A stretch of 47,738 bases of DNA from the IMG/VR virus record IMGVR_UViG_3300023283_000032, positions 1 to 47,738 of that record. One strand, written 5' to 3'. The position numbers were made by a program, and so were the translations under genes. Below, piece by piece: positions 1 through 8,159 of the stretch. The first letter of the stretch is position 1, and the number at the start of each line of letters is the position of its first letter. Source of the stretch: a virus (Duplodnaviria; Caudoviricetes). A model generated the notes under the pieces. That model ran no database searches, was not told the origin of the DNA, and saw nothing but the letters and a program-made list of their open reading frames with translations.

Positions 1-196
1 TCACGAAATAGTCATTCCCGAGGGCATGATCGTCGTCACGGAATACCACACACCGAACGCCAGATGCGTGCCGGCCTGCCCGGACAGGATCGTCATCGAT
101 GCCCTGCCGCCCGGCATTGTCGCCGAGGTGCCGGAGATGACCGTGCCCGAGCGGGAAACCGGCGTGATCCGGCTCTTTAGATCTGTGGGGTTGTGA
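1..196 (+). CDS. Partial: C-terminus of a second allele of the exported protein at 46532..46870
   Basis: Reads HEIVIPEGMIVVTEYHTPNARCVPACPD..., stop TGA at 194-196. Confidence 0.8.
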   Translation, partial: HEIVIPEGMIVVTEYHTPNARCVPACPDRIVIDALPPGIVAEVPEMTVPERETGVIRLFRSVGL

Positions 197-429
197 TGGA
201 GCCTGTCGTTTTGAGGTGCGGCGACTTTCAAGTGAAGATTGGCTCGGATGTCGCCTGGTTCGCACTGAGTCAGGACGGAAAGAAGCTCACGCAATTCCAC
301 CGCGAGCCGCTGGCCGAGTGCCTCGCCGACATGCGCCAGCGGCTTTCCGACCCGGCGACGAAACCGGAGCGGCTGCCGGAGATCGAGGCGATCATAGAGG
401 CGGTAGAGGCGAGGATGGAGGGAATCTGA
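193..429 (+). CDS. Hypothetical protein (allele of 46867..47103)
   Basis: Coupled to upstream stop; many differences between the copies are synonymous, supporting this frame. Confidence 0.8.
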   Translation: MMEPVVLRCGDFQVKIGSDVAWFALSQDGKKLTQFHREPLAECLADMRQRLSDPATKPERLPEIEAIIEAVEARMEGI

Positions 430-430
430 A

Positions 431-712
431 ATGCACGTATCCATTTCGATAAGGTTGCTCGGCAATCGGGCAGAGGTGATCGCGGACTATGAGCAGGATG
501 GCCAGCCCTGCCAGCTTCGCGAGGAGGGCGCCACCGGCGCTGTCGCGCTGTCGCGCCTCATGCGCCGGGCGGTCGCCGCCGGCCTTAAAGGGGCAACCTA
601 CGAGGCGCCGTACGGGTTGCAGGGAACCATCGCCCCCCCGGCGGCGCGCCCAAGGCCGCGCAAGCCCGTGCCACCCGATCCTCTGAGCGAATGGGGCCCG
701 TATCATGGATGA
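431..712 (+). CDS. Hypothetical protein
   Basis: RBS GGAGGG, operon spacing. Confidence 0.65.
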   Translation: MHVSISIRLLGNRAEVIADYEQDGQPCQLREEGATGAVALSRLMRRAVAAGLKGATYEAPYGLQGTIAPPAARPRPRKPVPPDPLSEWGPYHG

Positions 713-905
713 TGGCATGACCCTCCACGACCGCATCAAGCGCCTGCTCCGGCAGGCCAACGCGCTGACCCTGACGGAAATCGCGATGGAAGTCGGCGCC
801 CATAGAGTCGATACAGTGCAGGCGCTGCACGAATTGCAGGACGCCGACGAGGTGATTTTGCGGGACGGGTTCTGCAGGATTGCGGAGAAGGCGCGCGAGA
901 AATGA
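705..905 (+). CDS. Small winged-helix-like DNA-binding protein
   Basis: LTLTEIAMEVG...TVQALHELQDADEV pattern. Confidence 0.6.
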   Translation: MDDGMTLHDRIKRLLRQANALTLTEIAMEVGAHRVDTVQALHELQDADEVILRDGFCRIAEKAREK

Positions 906-1180
906 GGGAAGGAATCTCGGACAACTGGGTGAAGCTGTCATGCTTCAACTGCGAAAAAGTGAGGTATTATCCTGCAAGTGCGGCGCGCCGGTATGAAGAA
1001 AAGAAATAACGTTGCAATAAGTGCCGGCATACCCTGAAGGGCCGGACGCTCAAGAAGCTCAACCGTCAATCCGAGGTGCGCGCATTGCGCGCCAAAGGGC
1101 TGACGCAAAGGCAGATCGCTGAAAAGCTGGGCTGTCCGCTCAGCACGGTCAGAAAGGATTGTGTGGATATGGGGATATGA
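902..1180 (+). pseudogene. Zn-finger (CxxC...CxxC) plus HTH protein interrupted by in-frame TAA at 1007-1009
   Basis: Reads MREG...SCFNCEK...EEKK*RCNKCRH...GLTQRQIAEKLGCPLSTVRKD in one frame; ATGA overlaps at both ends. Confidence 0.75.
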
Positions 1181-1683
1181 CCGAGCCCGTCACCTTCGTC
1201 GTGCCCGGCAAGCCCTACGCGCAAAAGCGCCCGCGCGCCTACGCCCGTGGCGGCAAGGCCGGCACCTACAACCCGGCCGAAAACCGCAGCTTCGCCGAGA
1301 CCATTGGCGTCATCGCGCGGGTGCACTTTCCTGAGCCGCGGACCGGCCCGGTGCGGGTGGAGATTGAGGCGGTGTTCGAGCCTGCCCGCTCATGGAGCAA
1401 GAGGCGCCGGGAGAGCGCCATGGGCACCTACCACACGCAAAAGCCCGACCGCGACAACGTAGAAAAAGCCGTGCTCGACGGGCTGTCCCGCATTGCCTGG
1501 GCGGACGACGCGCAGGTCGCCGACGGCCGCTGTGTGAAGCGCTGGGGGCCGGTGGCGCAGACGACAGTGACGGTCGAGCCGCTGCCGGCCGAGATCGGCG
1601 CGCCCGACAACTGGCGCAGCATCGGTGACATCGCGAGCGGAATGGTGGATCGCCATGGAAAAGCAGCCGAGCAACCAGACTGA
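1177..1683 (+). CDS. rusA: RusA-family Holliday junction resolvase
   Basis: KPDRDNVEKAVLDGL and WADDAQV motifs. Confidence 0.9.
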   Translation: MTEPVTFVVPGKPYAQKRPRAYARGGKAGTYNPAENRSFAETIGVIARVHFPEPRTGPVRVEIEAVFEPARSWSKRRRESAMGTYHTQKPDRDNVEKAVLDGLSRIAWADDAQVADGRCVKRWGPVAQTTVTVEPLPAEIGAPDNWRSIGDIASGMVDRHGKAAEQPD

Positions 1684-3052
1684 GGGCGCATCCCTCGTCA
1701 ACGTCGCGGCCGAGCAGCACGTGCTGGGCACGCTGCTGCTGCATGAGCAGGCGTTCGCGGTCATGGGATCGCGCGCCCGCGATGACCTTTTCGGCGATCC
1801 CGTGCATCGTGCCATCTTCGGCGAGATCCGGCGCCGCCGGCGGGCGGAGGAGTATGTCTCGCCCGTGTCGCTCCGCCTGTGGGCGGAAGGCCACGAGGGG
1901 CTGCGCGAACTGGGCGGTGCGCGCTACCTAGTCCACCTGTCGCAGTTCTGTTCCGACACAACTTTCCCGCACCTCTTGCCGATCCTTGATGAGCTGCGTG
2001 CCAAGCGCGAACTGGCCAACGCCATGGAGCGGGCGCAAGAGAAGCTGGCCGACGAGGACACGACCGCAACGGAGATTGCCGGCGAGCTGGAGAACGCGCT
2101 GTGCGCCGGAGTGGCCGACGTCGACCGCGGCCCGACCAGCCTCATGGCGGCCAGCACACGGGCACTGGAGCGGATCAGGGACGCGCAGAACGGCGTGGCG
2201 CCGCCGGGCGTCACGACGGGGCTGAGGGCGCTGGACGATCTCGTGCCGCGATTCGCGCCCGGGCACCTGATCGTGCTGGGCGGGCGCCCGTCGATGGGCA
2301 AGAGTGCGCTGGCGATTGAGGTGGCGGTGAACGTCGCCCGCGCCGGATCCCCGGTCTGCTTCTGCAGTCTGGAGATGCCCGAGGACGAAATCGCCATGCG
2401 GGTGCTGTCGTCACAGATGAGCGTGGACGGCAACGCCGTCGAGTATGCCCGTCTCGACAGCGGCGAGCTGAGCGACAGCCAGTATCGGCAGTCGGCGGCT
2501 TCCGCCAACGCGGTTGCTGACCTGCCGCTGTTTTTCCTAGACGAGACCTATCGGGAGATCGGCGCGCTGTTCGCGGGCGCGAAGCAGGTGCATGCGCGGC
2601 AGGGCCAGCTGGGCCTGGTCGTGGTTGACTACCTGCAGCTCCTGCGCAGCTCCGGCAAGTCGCGCTACGAGCAGATCACGGAGATCAGCATCGGCCTCAA
2701 GATGCTCGCCCGGCAGCTCAACGCGCCGGTGCTCGCGCTGGCGCAGCTGTCGAGGCAGGTGGAGCAGCGGGCGCCGCAGGACCGCCGGCCGCAGCTCTCG
2801 GACCTGCGCGAGTCCGGGCAGATCGAGCAGGACGCCGACAAGGTGCTCTTCTGCTACCGCGACGAGTACTACCTAGAGCGCGCCGAGCCCGACCCGAGCG
2901 AGGCCGATGCGCACGACGCATGGCAGCGCGCCATGGAGCGCGCGCGCGGCAAGATGGAAGTCATCGTCGCCAAGCAGCGCCAGGGCCGCATCGGCACGGC
3001 CACGGTGAATTTCGCCCCCGCCATGAACCGGTTCTGGGAGTGGGGGATTTGA
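1655..3052 (+). CDS. dnaB: Replicative DnaB-like helicase
   Basis: Walker A GRPSMGKS, SLEM, VVDYLQL, AQLSR, DLRESGQIEQDAD. Confidence 0.95.
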   Translation: MEKQPSNQTEGASLVNVAAEQHVLGTLLLHEQAFAVMGSRARDDLFGDPVHRAIFGEIRRRRRAEEYVSPVSLRLWAEGHEGLRELGGARYLVHLSQFCSDTTFPHLLPILDELRAKRELANAMERAQEKLADEDTTATEIAGELENALCAGVADVDRGPTSLMAASTRALERIRDAQNGVAPPGVTTGLRALDDLVPRFAPGHLIVLGGRPSMGKSALAIEVAVNVARAGSPVCFCSLEMPEDEIAMRVLSSQMSVDGNAVEYARLDSGELSDSQYRQSAASANAVADLPLFFLDETYREIGALFAGAKQVHARQGQLGLVVVDYLQLLRSSGKSRYEQITEISIGLKMLARQLNAPVLALAQLSRQVEQRAPQDRRPQLSDLRESGQIEQDADKVLFCYRDEYYLERAEPDPSEADAHDAWQRAMERARGKMEVIVAKQRQGRIGTATVNFAPAMNRFWEWGI

Positions 3053-3843
3053 ACGGGCTGCCCTACTACAAGGCGTACCCCAGAGACTTCATCGAAGGCA
3101 CCGTCGGGATGTCCTTCGAGCTGAAAGGCGCATACCGCCTCGTTCTCGACCTGATCTACATGCAGGGCGGTCAGCTTCCAGATGACGCTCGATACATTGC
3201 CGGCCTGCTCGGCTGCTCCGTCAGGGCGTGGCGAAAGTACCGCGAGCAACTGCTGAGCGAAGGCAAGATCTACGCTGATGCAGGAGTTATCTCCAACTTT
3301 CGCGCAGATAAAGAGCTAGAAACTGTAAGAACACTTCAGGAAAACCAGTCCAAAAATCGCTCCAGACCGAACAAAAACAAGGACTTACCATCACCAAAGA
3401 AACACCAAACGCCGACCATACAGAATCAGAGTCAGAATCAGCAGCTGCAGCCGCGCAAGGCTGAGACTGCACAGGCTTCACAGACTGACGAGCCGACCCC
3501 GAGAGACCGCTATCTGGCCGCCCTCGGCTTGGATCACTCGGGCCTCACCGGACACGGCTCAGCGCGTCTCGGGACCGAAACCGACATGGCCACCGCCCGA
3601 CGATGGACGGCACCCGAAAGCGACGGCGGGCTCGGGCTCACCGTCGAGGAGTGCACCCGCGTCATCGCCGAGTTGAGGCAACGCATGAGTTCGCCGCCCA
3701 GGCGGTTCTCGTACTTCGACGGAGCGATGGCCGATCTGGCAGCGGCAAAGGCCGCGCCGGCCCATCGGGCCCGTGACGGGCCGAAGTCGCCGCAGTCGCC
3801 GCACAGCAACACGGACTGGTTCAGGAAGATCGCGAAGGGATGA
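3049..3843 (+). CDS. Replication initiator (DUF1376/YdaU-like), TTG start
   Basis: N-terminus LPYYKAYPRDF...GAYRLVLDLIY...LPDD; internal A-rich linker typical of ori-containing initiators. Confidence 0.8.
   Translation: MNGLPYYKAYPRDFIEGTVGMSFELKGAYRLVLDLIYMQGGQLPDDARYIAGLLGCSVRAWRKYREQLLSEGKIYADAGVISNFRADKELETVRTLQENQSKNRSRPNKNKDLPSPKKHQTPTIQNQSQNQQLQPRKAETAQASQTDEPTPRDRYLAALGLDHSGLTGHGSARLGTETDMATARRWTAPESDGGLGLTVEECTRVIAELRQRMSSPPRRFSYFDGAMADLAAAKAAPAHRARDGPKSPQSPHSNTDWFRKIAKG
3300..3445. other. Putative replication origin inside the initiator gene
   Basis: A-rich, lower-GC tract, CAGAATCAG repeats and IHF-like AACAAGGACTTA; lambdoid precedent. Confidence 0.4.
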
Positions 3844-4172
3844 CGATGATGACCGAGGACGAATACGGCCAGAAGCTGGCCACCATTGCCGAAGTCGAGA
3901 AGGCCCGAACCGAGCAGCGCGACGGCCCCGCCCGCGCCCGCTCCTCGGAACACAGCAGCGCTGCGCAACGCCGCCCCGACAGCCGTGTGAGCCGCGTCGC
4001 CGATTTGCTCGCCGACGGCGAACCCCACACCCGCAGCGAGCTGATGCGCCACATCGGTGTGTCCACCCGGCAGGCTCTGTCCGACGCGCTGACCAACGCC
4101 CGTGTCGCCCGCGGGCTGCGCATCGAGCGGACGACGATGGGCGGCGAGATCGCATGGAGGGCCAAGACATGA
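3840..4172 (+). CDS. Hypothetical protein, possible C-terminal HTH
   Basis: ATGA coupling; LLADGEPHTRSELMRHIGVS. Confidence 0.65.
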   Translation: MTMMTEDEYGQKLATIAEVEKARTEQRDGPARARSSEHSSAAQRRPDSRVSRVADLLADGEPHTRSELMRHIGVSTRQALSDALTNARVARGLRIERTTMGGEIAWRAKT

Positions 4173-4475
4173 CGCTGGTGGTCGAATTAGACGAGGCGCC
4201 GTTCCGAGAATACGGCCAGGAGACCACAGCACCCCGTGCGCGGTGTGCGGGGGGTCGAAGAAATCGGGCGAGGTGACGTTGAGGGTAGGGTATGCCGCCG
4301 GATGATAGATGCCGGCTATAGCCCCGATACCGCGGTACGCATACAGCGTGCCGGGGTGGACGTGTTCAAGCCGTCCACGCTCGGCAACCGCGCCGCGGTG
4401 ACCACAACCGAAGGCACCCGGAAAAGCGTGCGGTTTGCCAAGTGGAAGCCGCATCCGATGGTGGGGAAGCTATGA
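4169..4475 (+). pseudogene. Phage hypothetical gene apparently split by one extra G in a G6 tract (4249-4254)
   Basis: GGAGG plus ATGA start at 4169; removing one G joins MTLVVELDE...ARCAG to VEEIGRGD...RFAKWKPHP (101 aa). Confidence 0.6.
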
Positions 4476-4673
4476 GGGCCAAGACATGAGCAGCGCGACG
4501 AGATCATCGGTTTGCTAGTGCAAATTCGACATGCACTGGAGGATGCGCAGACGGTAGGTTGGACTGGCCAGCCATGAGGGCAGTTTCACCGGCGTGCCCA
4601 GGCCTAAGCCCCGGCGGTGGCTTGCCGCTGTTGCATCGCGGCAGCCGTATGGCTCGGGGCGGATGGCAGGAGG

Positions 4674-4865
4674 CTACTCGTAGGGCTCCAGTTCCTCCAG
4701 CAGCGCGCGGCAGGCCAGCGAGACATGGTAGGGCGCAGGCCGAATTTTCCAGTTGGTCACGCTGTTCTTGTCTGCGCCCAGCTTTTCAGCGATCTCGGCC
4801 TGGGACGAGGCAAGGCCGGCCGATTTCATCTCGGCCAGCCAGCGGCGGAAGGCGTCGGGGGTCAT
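4674..4865 (-). CDS. Small XRE/Cro-type HTH protein (moron gene 2)
   Basis: SQAEIAEKLGADKNSVTNWK; ATGA overlap with upstream gene. Confidence 0.8.
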   Translation of the reverse strand: MTPDAFRRWLAEMKSAGLASSQAEIAEKLGADKNSVTNWKIRPAPYHVSLACRALLEELEPYE

Positions 4866-5053
4866 GCGGCGTCGTCGGCCCACCAATCCTCGTTTTCCCA
4901 GATGCGGGTGAAATCGTCGGCATCCGTGGCGGCTTGGCCGATGCGAGCAATCTCGTCACGGCTGATTTCCAGCCCAGGGCAGTGGATTTCGACTGCCATG
5001 CAGAAACCCTGCGAGCCCGGAGTGAATTCGGCGAAGATATCGGTGATGGTCAT
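4862..5053 (-). CDS. Small acidic hypothetical protein (moron gene 1)
   Basis: RBS GAGGGAG; TATATT -10 at 5081-5086 on the minus strand. Confidence 0.75.
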   Translation of the reverse strand: MTITDIFAEFTPGSQGFCMAVEIHCPGLEISRDEIARIGQAATDADDFTRIWENEDWWADDAA

Positions 5054-5172
5054 CTGTCGTCTCCCTCTGTCTGTATCCTAAATATAGGACATCAGACGGG
5101 CCGGAGAAAGGAAAAAATCACACGAGATGGGAAAAATCAGGGGGCAGGGAGCAAAGAGGAGTGGATAGCGGC

Positions 5173-5736
5173 ATGAGCAAGGCAAACCGGACGTCTGAGA
5201 AAAAGAGGCAGGCCAAGGCGCGGCGCCAGCAGCGCAAGCGAGACATGCGCCGCGAGAGTGTCCGTGCGCTGTGGGATGATCGAGAGCACCAGGCGAGGCC
5301 CACCAAGGAGCGCATCGGACACGGCGTATTCGCGCTGGAGGAAACCGACGCAGCCGGCGTCCGATACGCCAAGGACAGAGCCGCCACCATGCTTGATCGC
5401 TTGCAATTGGAGGGCCGTATAACGCCAGAGCAGTGCCAGGGTGGACAGGACTTTGCCGCGCTTTTGGAGCGCACGCGGCTGGTATCGAAGGGCCGCTCGT
5501 GCATTGACTTCGAGGTGGTCGGGCATGAGGGGGATGACGATGCGCCGTCACCGCAGGAGCTTACCGACAATCGTGATCGCGAAGAGCTTTACCTTGCCTG
5601 CGGTATGTTTACGTGGGCCGAGCTGCGCCGGGTCTGCGACGAAGGACAAAAGCCCAGCGATATGGAGCGGCTGCGCAAGGGGCTGAATCTGTGCGTGGAG
5701 TTCTGGGGAAAGGGTTTGACGCGGCGCTCAAAGTAG
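5173..5736 (+). CDS. Putative late-gene activator/antiterminator (DUF6456-like, Q position)
   Basis: MLDRLQLEGRITPEQCQGGQDF resembles DUF6456 proteins; last early gene before the packaging genes. Confidence 0.55.
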   Translation: MSKANRTSEKKRQAKARRQQRKRDMRRESVRALWDDREHQARPTKERIGHGVFALEETDAAGVRYAKDRAATMLDRLQLEGRITPEQCQGGQDFAALLERTRLVSKGRSCIDFEVVGHEGDDDAPSPQELTDNRDREELYLACGMFTWAELRRVCDEGQKPSDMERLRKGLNLCVEFWGKGLTRRSK

Positions 5737-5744
5737 TCTACTTA
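5716..5744 (+). promoter_or_regulatory. Putative late promoter TTGACG-N17-TACTTA with palindrome AAGTAG-T-CTACTT
   Basis: Near-consensus -35 at the end of the Q-position gene; perfect inverted repeat 5731-5743. Confidence 0.5.
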
Positions 5745-5853
5745 CTTTTGTGACGGACTGTGTCCAGCGGGTAGTGGCGCAAAGGCTTTGGCGCCTTCGC
5801 TACTGGAAACCCCTACCGTGGCGCCGCGCCGCTCCGTCACCATATTGGACGGC

Positions 5854-6168
5854 ATGAAACAGACGATCCTCGCAGCGGCCGTGATTGCCGCCCCGCTTAC
5901 CGCTTCGGCATTTGAGGCCGACCCAGAAATTCAGGTAGTCAGGTGGTATGCCGACGATTATCTGGGATGGGTCATTTACGACGTAGTCGCGCCTCCAGCA
6001 GAGGCGAGATCGCCCAAAGCGTTGTGCGTCGCGATCAACACATCGGGCGAGCCTATCGCATCAAGCATCGCCTACCTCCAATCTGGGGCGGGGAAGTTCG
6101 CCAATATGGCCCACGATGTTGAGCGCATTCACGACATCAAGTGCCGCCGCACGAATTACGGCGGGTAG
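5854..6168 (+). CDS. Small exported protein (moron)
   Basis: Sec-type signal MKQTILAAAVIAAPLTASA; two Cys. Confidence 0.7.
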   Translation: MKQTILAAAVIAAPLTASAFEADPEIQVVRWYADDYLGWVIYDVVAPPAEARSPKALCVAINTSGEPIASSIAYLQSGAGKFANMAHDVERIHDIKCRRTNYGG

Positions 6169-6199
6169 GGCGCTTCCGGTATAAGTGCGAGGTGATGTG

Positions 6200-6742
6200 A
6201 TGGAAGGTCGGGACGAAGCCGGGCGCTTCGCCGCCGGCAACCGCTTCTGGGAAGCGCGTAGCAGCGCAGGTCCGAAGCCCAAGTTCGACGGACCCGAAAA
6301 ACTATGGGCCGCGTGCTGCGAGTATTTCGAGTGGGTGGAGGCTAACCCACTGCGGGAAGATCGGCTCGTCACTTTCCAAGGCATGGCGACCCATGAGCCC
6401 GTCGCGAAGATGCGAGCCATGACAATCACGGGGTTGTGCAACTTCCTCGATGTGACCCTCAGCACATGGGACGAGTGGAGAAATAGCCGCCCCGATTTGT
6501 CGGAGGTCATCACGCGAACCGAGGCGATCATCTACCAGCAGAAGTTCGAGGGTGCGTCGGCGGAGCTGTTGAACAGCAACATCATTGCCCGCGATCTTGG
6601 GCTCAAGGATCAGGCGTCGCACGAGATCACGGGTAAGGGCGGCGGGCCGGTCGAGACGGTAGACTGGTCCAAGCTGGACATGGACACGCTCACGAAACTC
6701 AACGCGGCACGGAATGCAGCACCCGACGCCAACGGCGGCTGA
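6200..6742 (+). CDS. terS: Terminase small subunit (P22 gp3-like)
   Basis: [44 protein letters not shown]. Confidence 0.9.
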   Translation: MEGRDEAGRFAAGNRFWEARSSAGPKPKFDGPEKLWAACCEYFEWVEANPLREDRLVTFQGMATHEPVAKMRAMTITGLCNFLDVTLSTWDEWRNSRPDLSEVITRTEAIIYQQKFEGASAELLNSNIIARDLGLKDQASHEITGKGGGPVETVDWSKLDMDTLTKLNAARNAAPDANGG

Positions 6743-8156
6743 CTGGCTCGCGTTCGATAGGGAGATCAGCCGCCGGTCTCTGGCGGAGTTCGCCAAGCTG
6801 GCATGGCACGTTCTGGAGCCGGCAACTCCGCTCAAGTGGGGCTGGGCTCTGGACGCGATATGCGAGCACCTGGAGGCGGTCACGGCGGGAGATCTGACCC
6901 GGCTGCTTATGAACGTGCCGCCGGGCTCGATGAAGTCGCTTCTCTGCGGCGTGATCTGGCCTGCGTATGAATGGGGGCCGCGCGGGCTGCCGCACCACAG
7001 GTTCATCGGCACCGCGCACAGTCAGAACCTCGCGGTGCGGGACAGCATGAAGTGCCGCCGGCTGATCCAGTCGCAGTGGTATCAGGATCGGTGGCCGGTT
7101 GCCCTGACGGACGACCAGAACGCCAAGACGAAATTCGAGAACGACAAAACCGGCTTTCGGGAGGCAATGGCATTCACGAGCATGACGGGCTCGCGCGGCG
7201 ATCGCGTGATCCTCGATGACCCGATCAGCGCGGATAACGCCAACTCGGATGCGGAACTGGAAAACGCCCGGATCACGTTCACGGAGACACTGCCGAGCCG
7301 GGTTAATAACGAGCGATCCGCAATCGTGGTGATCATGCAGAGGCTCAACGAGCGGGACACGTCGGGGGTCATTCTCGACAAGGGCTTGCCCTATGAGCAC
7401 CTGTGCATCCCGATGCGGTTTGAGGTTGAGCGGCGTTGCGTCACTGGCATCGGTTGGAGCGATCCGCGCTCGGAGGACGGGGAGTTGATGTTCGCCGACC
7501 GCTTCCCGGAGGCGTCGGTTGCGGAGCTTGAGGCAACACTGGGAAGCTACGCCAGCGCTGGACAGCTACAGCAGCGGCCCGCGCCGCGCGGTGGCGGGAT
7601 GTTTCCGGTGGATCGGTTCGAGGTTACGGACTTTCCACCGGAGCCGAAGCAGATCCTTCGCAGCGTGCGGTATTGGGACAAGGCCGGGACGCAGGGCGGC
7701 GGCGCCTATACAGCCGGGGTGCTGATGCACAAGCTCAAGGACGGGCGGTTTTGCGTTGAGGATGTGCGGCGCGGCCAGTGGGCGGCTCTGAACCGTGAGC
7801 AGAAGATCACACAGACGGCGGCATCAGACGGCTATGGCGTGAAGATATGGGTCGAGCAGGAGCCCGGCTCGGGGGGCAAGGAAAGCGCGGAATCAACTGT
7901 GCGCAGCCTCTCGGGATACACCGCCCATGCCGATCGAGTGACGGGTGATAAGCAGACCCGTGCCGACCCGTATGCGGCGCAGGTGCAGGCAGGCAATGTG
8001 CTGTTGGTGCGGGGGGCGTGGAACATGGAGTTCATGGATGAGCACGAGGTTTTCCCGTCCGGCAAATACAAGGACCAGGTGGACGCGGCGGCGGGCGCGT
8101 TCATGAAACTCGCCAGCGTGACGACGGCCGATTACGCCGTTCTCGGGGCGCTCTGA
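6714..8156 (+). CDS. terL: Terminase large subunit
   Basis: [35 protein letters not shown]. Confidence 0.95.
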   Translation: MQHPTPTAADWLAFDREISRRSLAEFAKLAWHVLEPATPLKWGWALDAICEHLEAVTAGDLTRLLMNVPPGSMKSLLCGVIWPAYEWGPRGLPHHRFIGTAHSQNLAVRDSMKCRRLIQSQWYQDRWPVALTDDQNAKTKFENDKTGFREAMAFTSMTGSRGDRVILDDPISADNANSDAELENARITFTETLPSRVNNERSAIVVIMQRLNERDTSGVILDKGLPYEHLCIPMRFEVERRCVTGIGWSDPRSEDGELMFADRFPEASVAELEATLGSYASAGQLQQRPAPRGGGMFPVDRFEVTDFPPEPKQILRSVRYWDKAGTQGGGAYTAGVLMHKLKDGRFCVEDVRRGQWAALNREQKITQTAASDGYGVKIWVEQEPGSGGKESAESTVRSLSGYTAHADRVTGDKQTRADPYAAQVQAGNVLLVRGAWNMEFMDEHEVFPSGKYKDQVDAAAGAFMKLASVTTADYAVLGAL

Positions 8157-8159
8157 GGC

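Larger units (their letters stand above)
1..1064 (+). repeat. Terminal direct repeat, copy A
   Basis: Matches 46675..47738 without indels; about 41 substitutions counted by eye, all within 100..543. Confidence 0.95.

Noticed and set aside
100-543. Diverged repeat pair as a diversity-generating retroelement TR/VR
   Set aside because: Differences are not adenine-specific, many are synonymous, and no reverse transcriptase is encoded
1007-1009. Genome-wide stop-codon reassignment
   Set aside because: TAA, TAG and TGA all end conserved genes normally (portal, sheath and tube end in TAA)
4486-4680. Intact gene between the G6 gene and the moron
   Set aside because: No frame has both a credible start and length; probably a degenerate remnant
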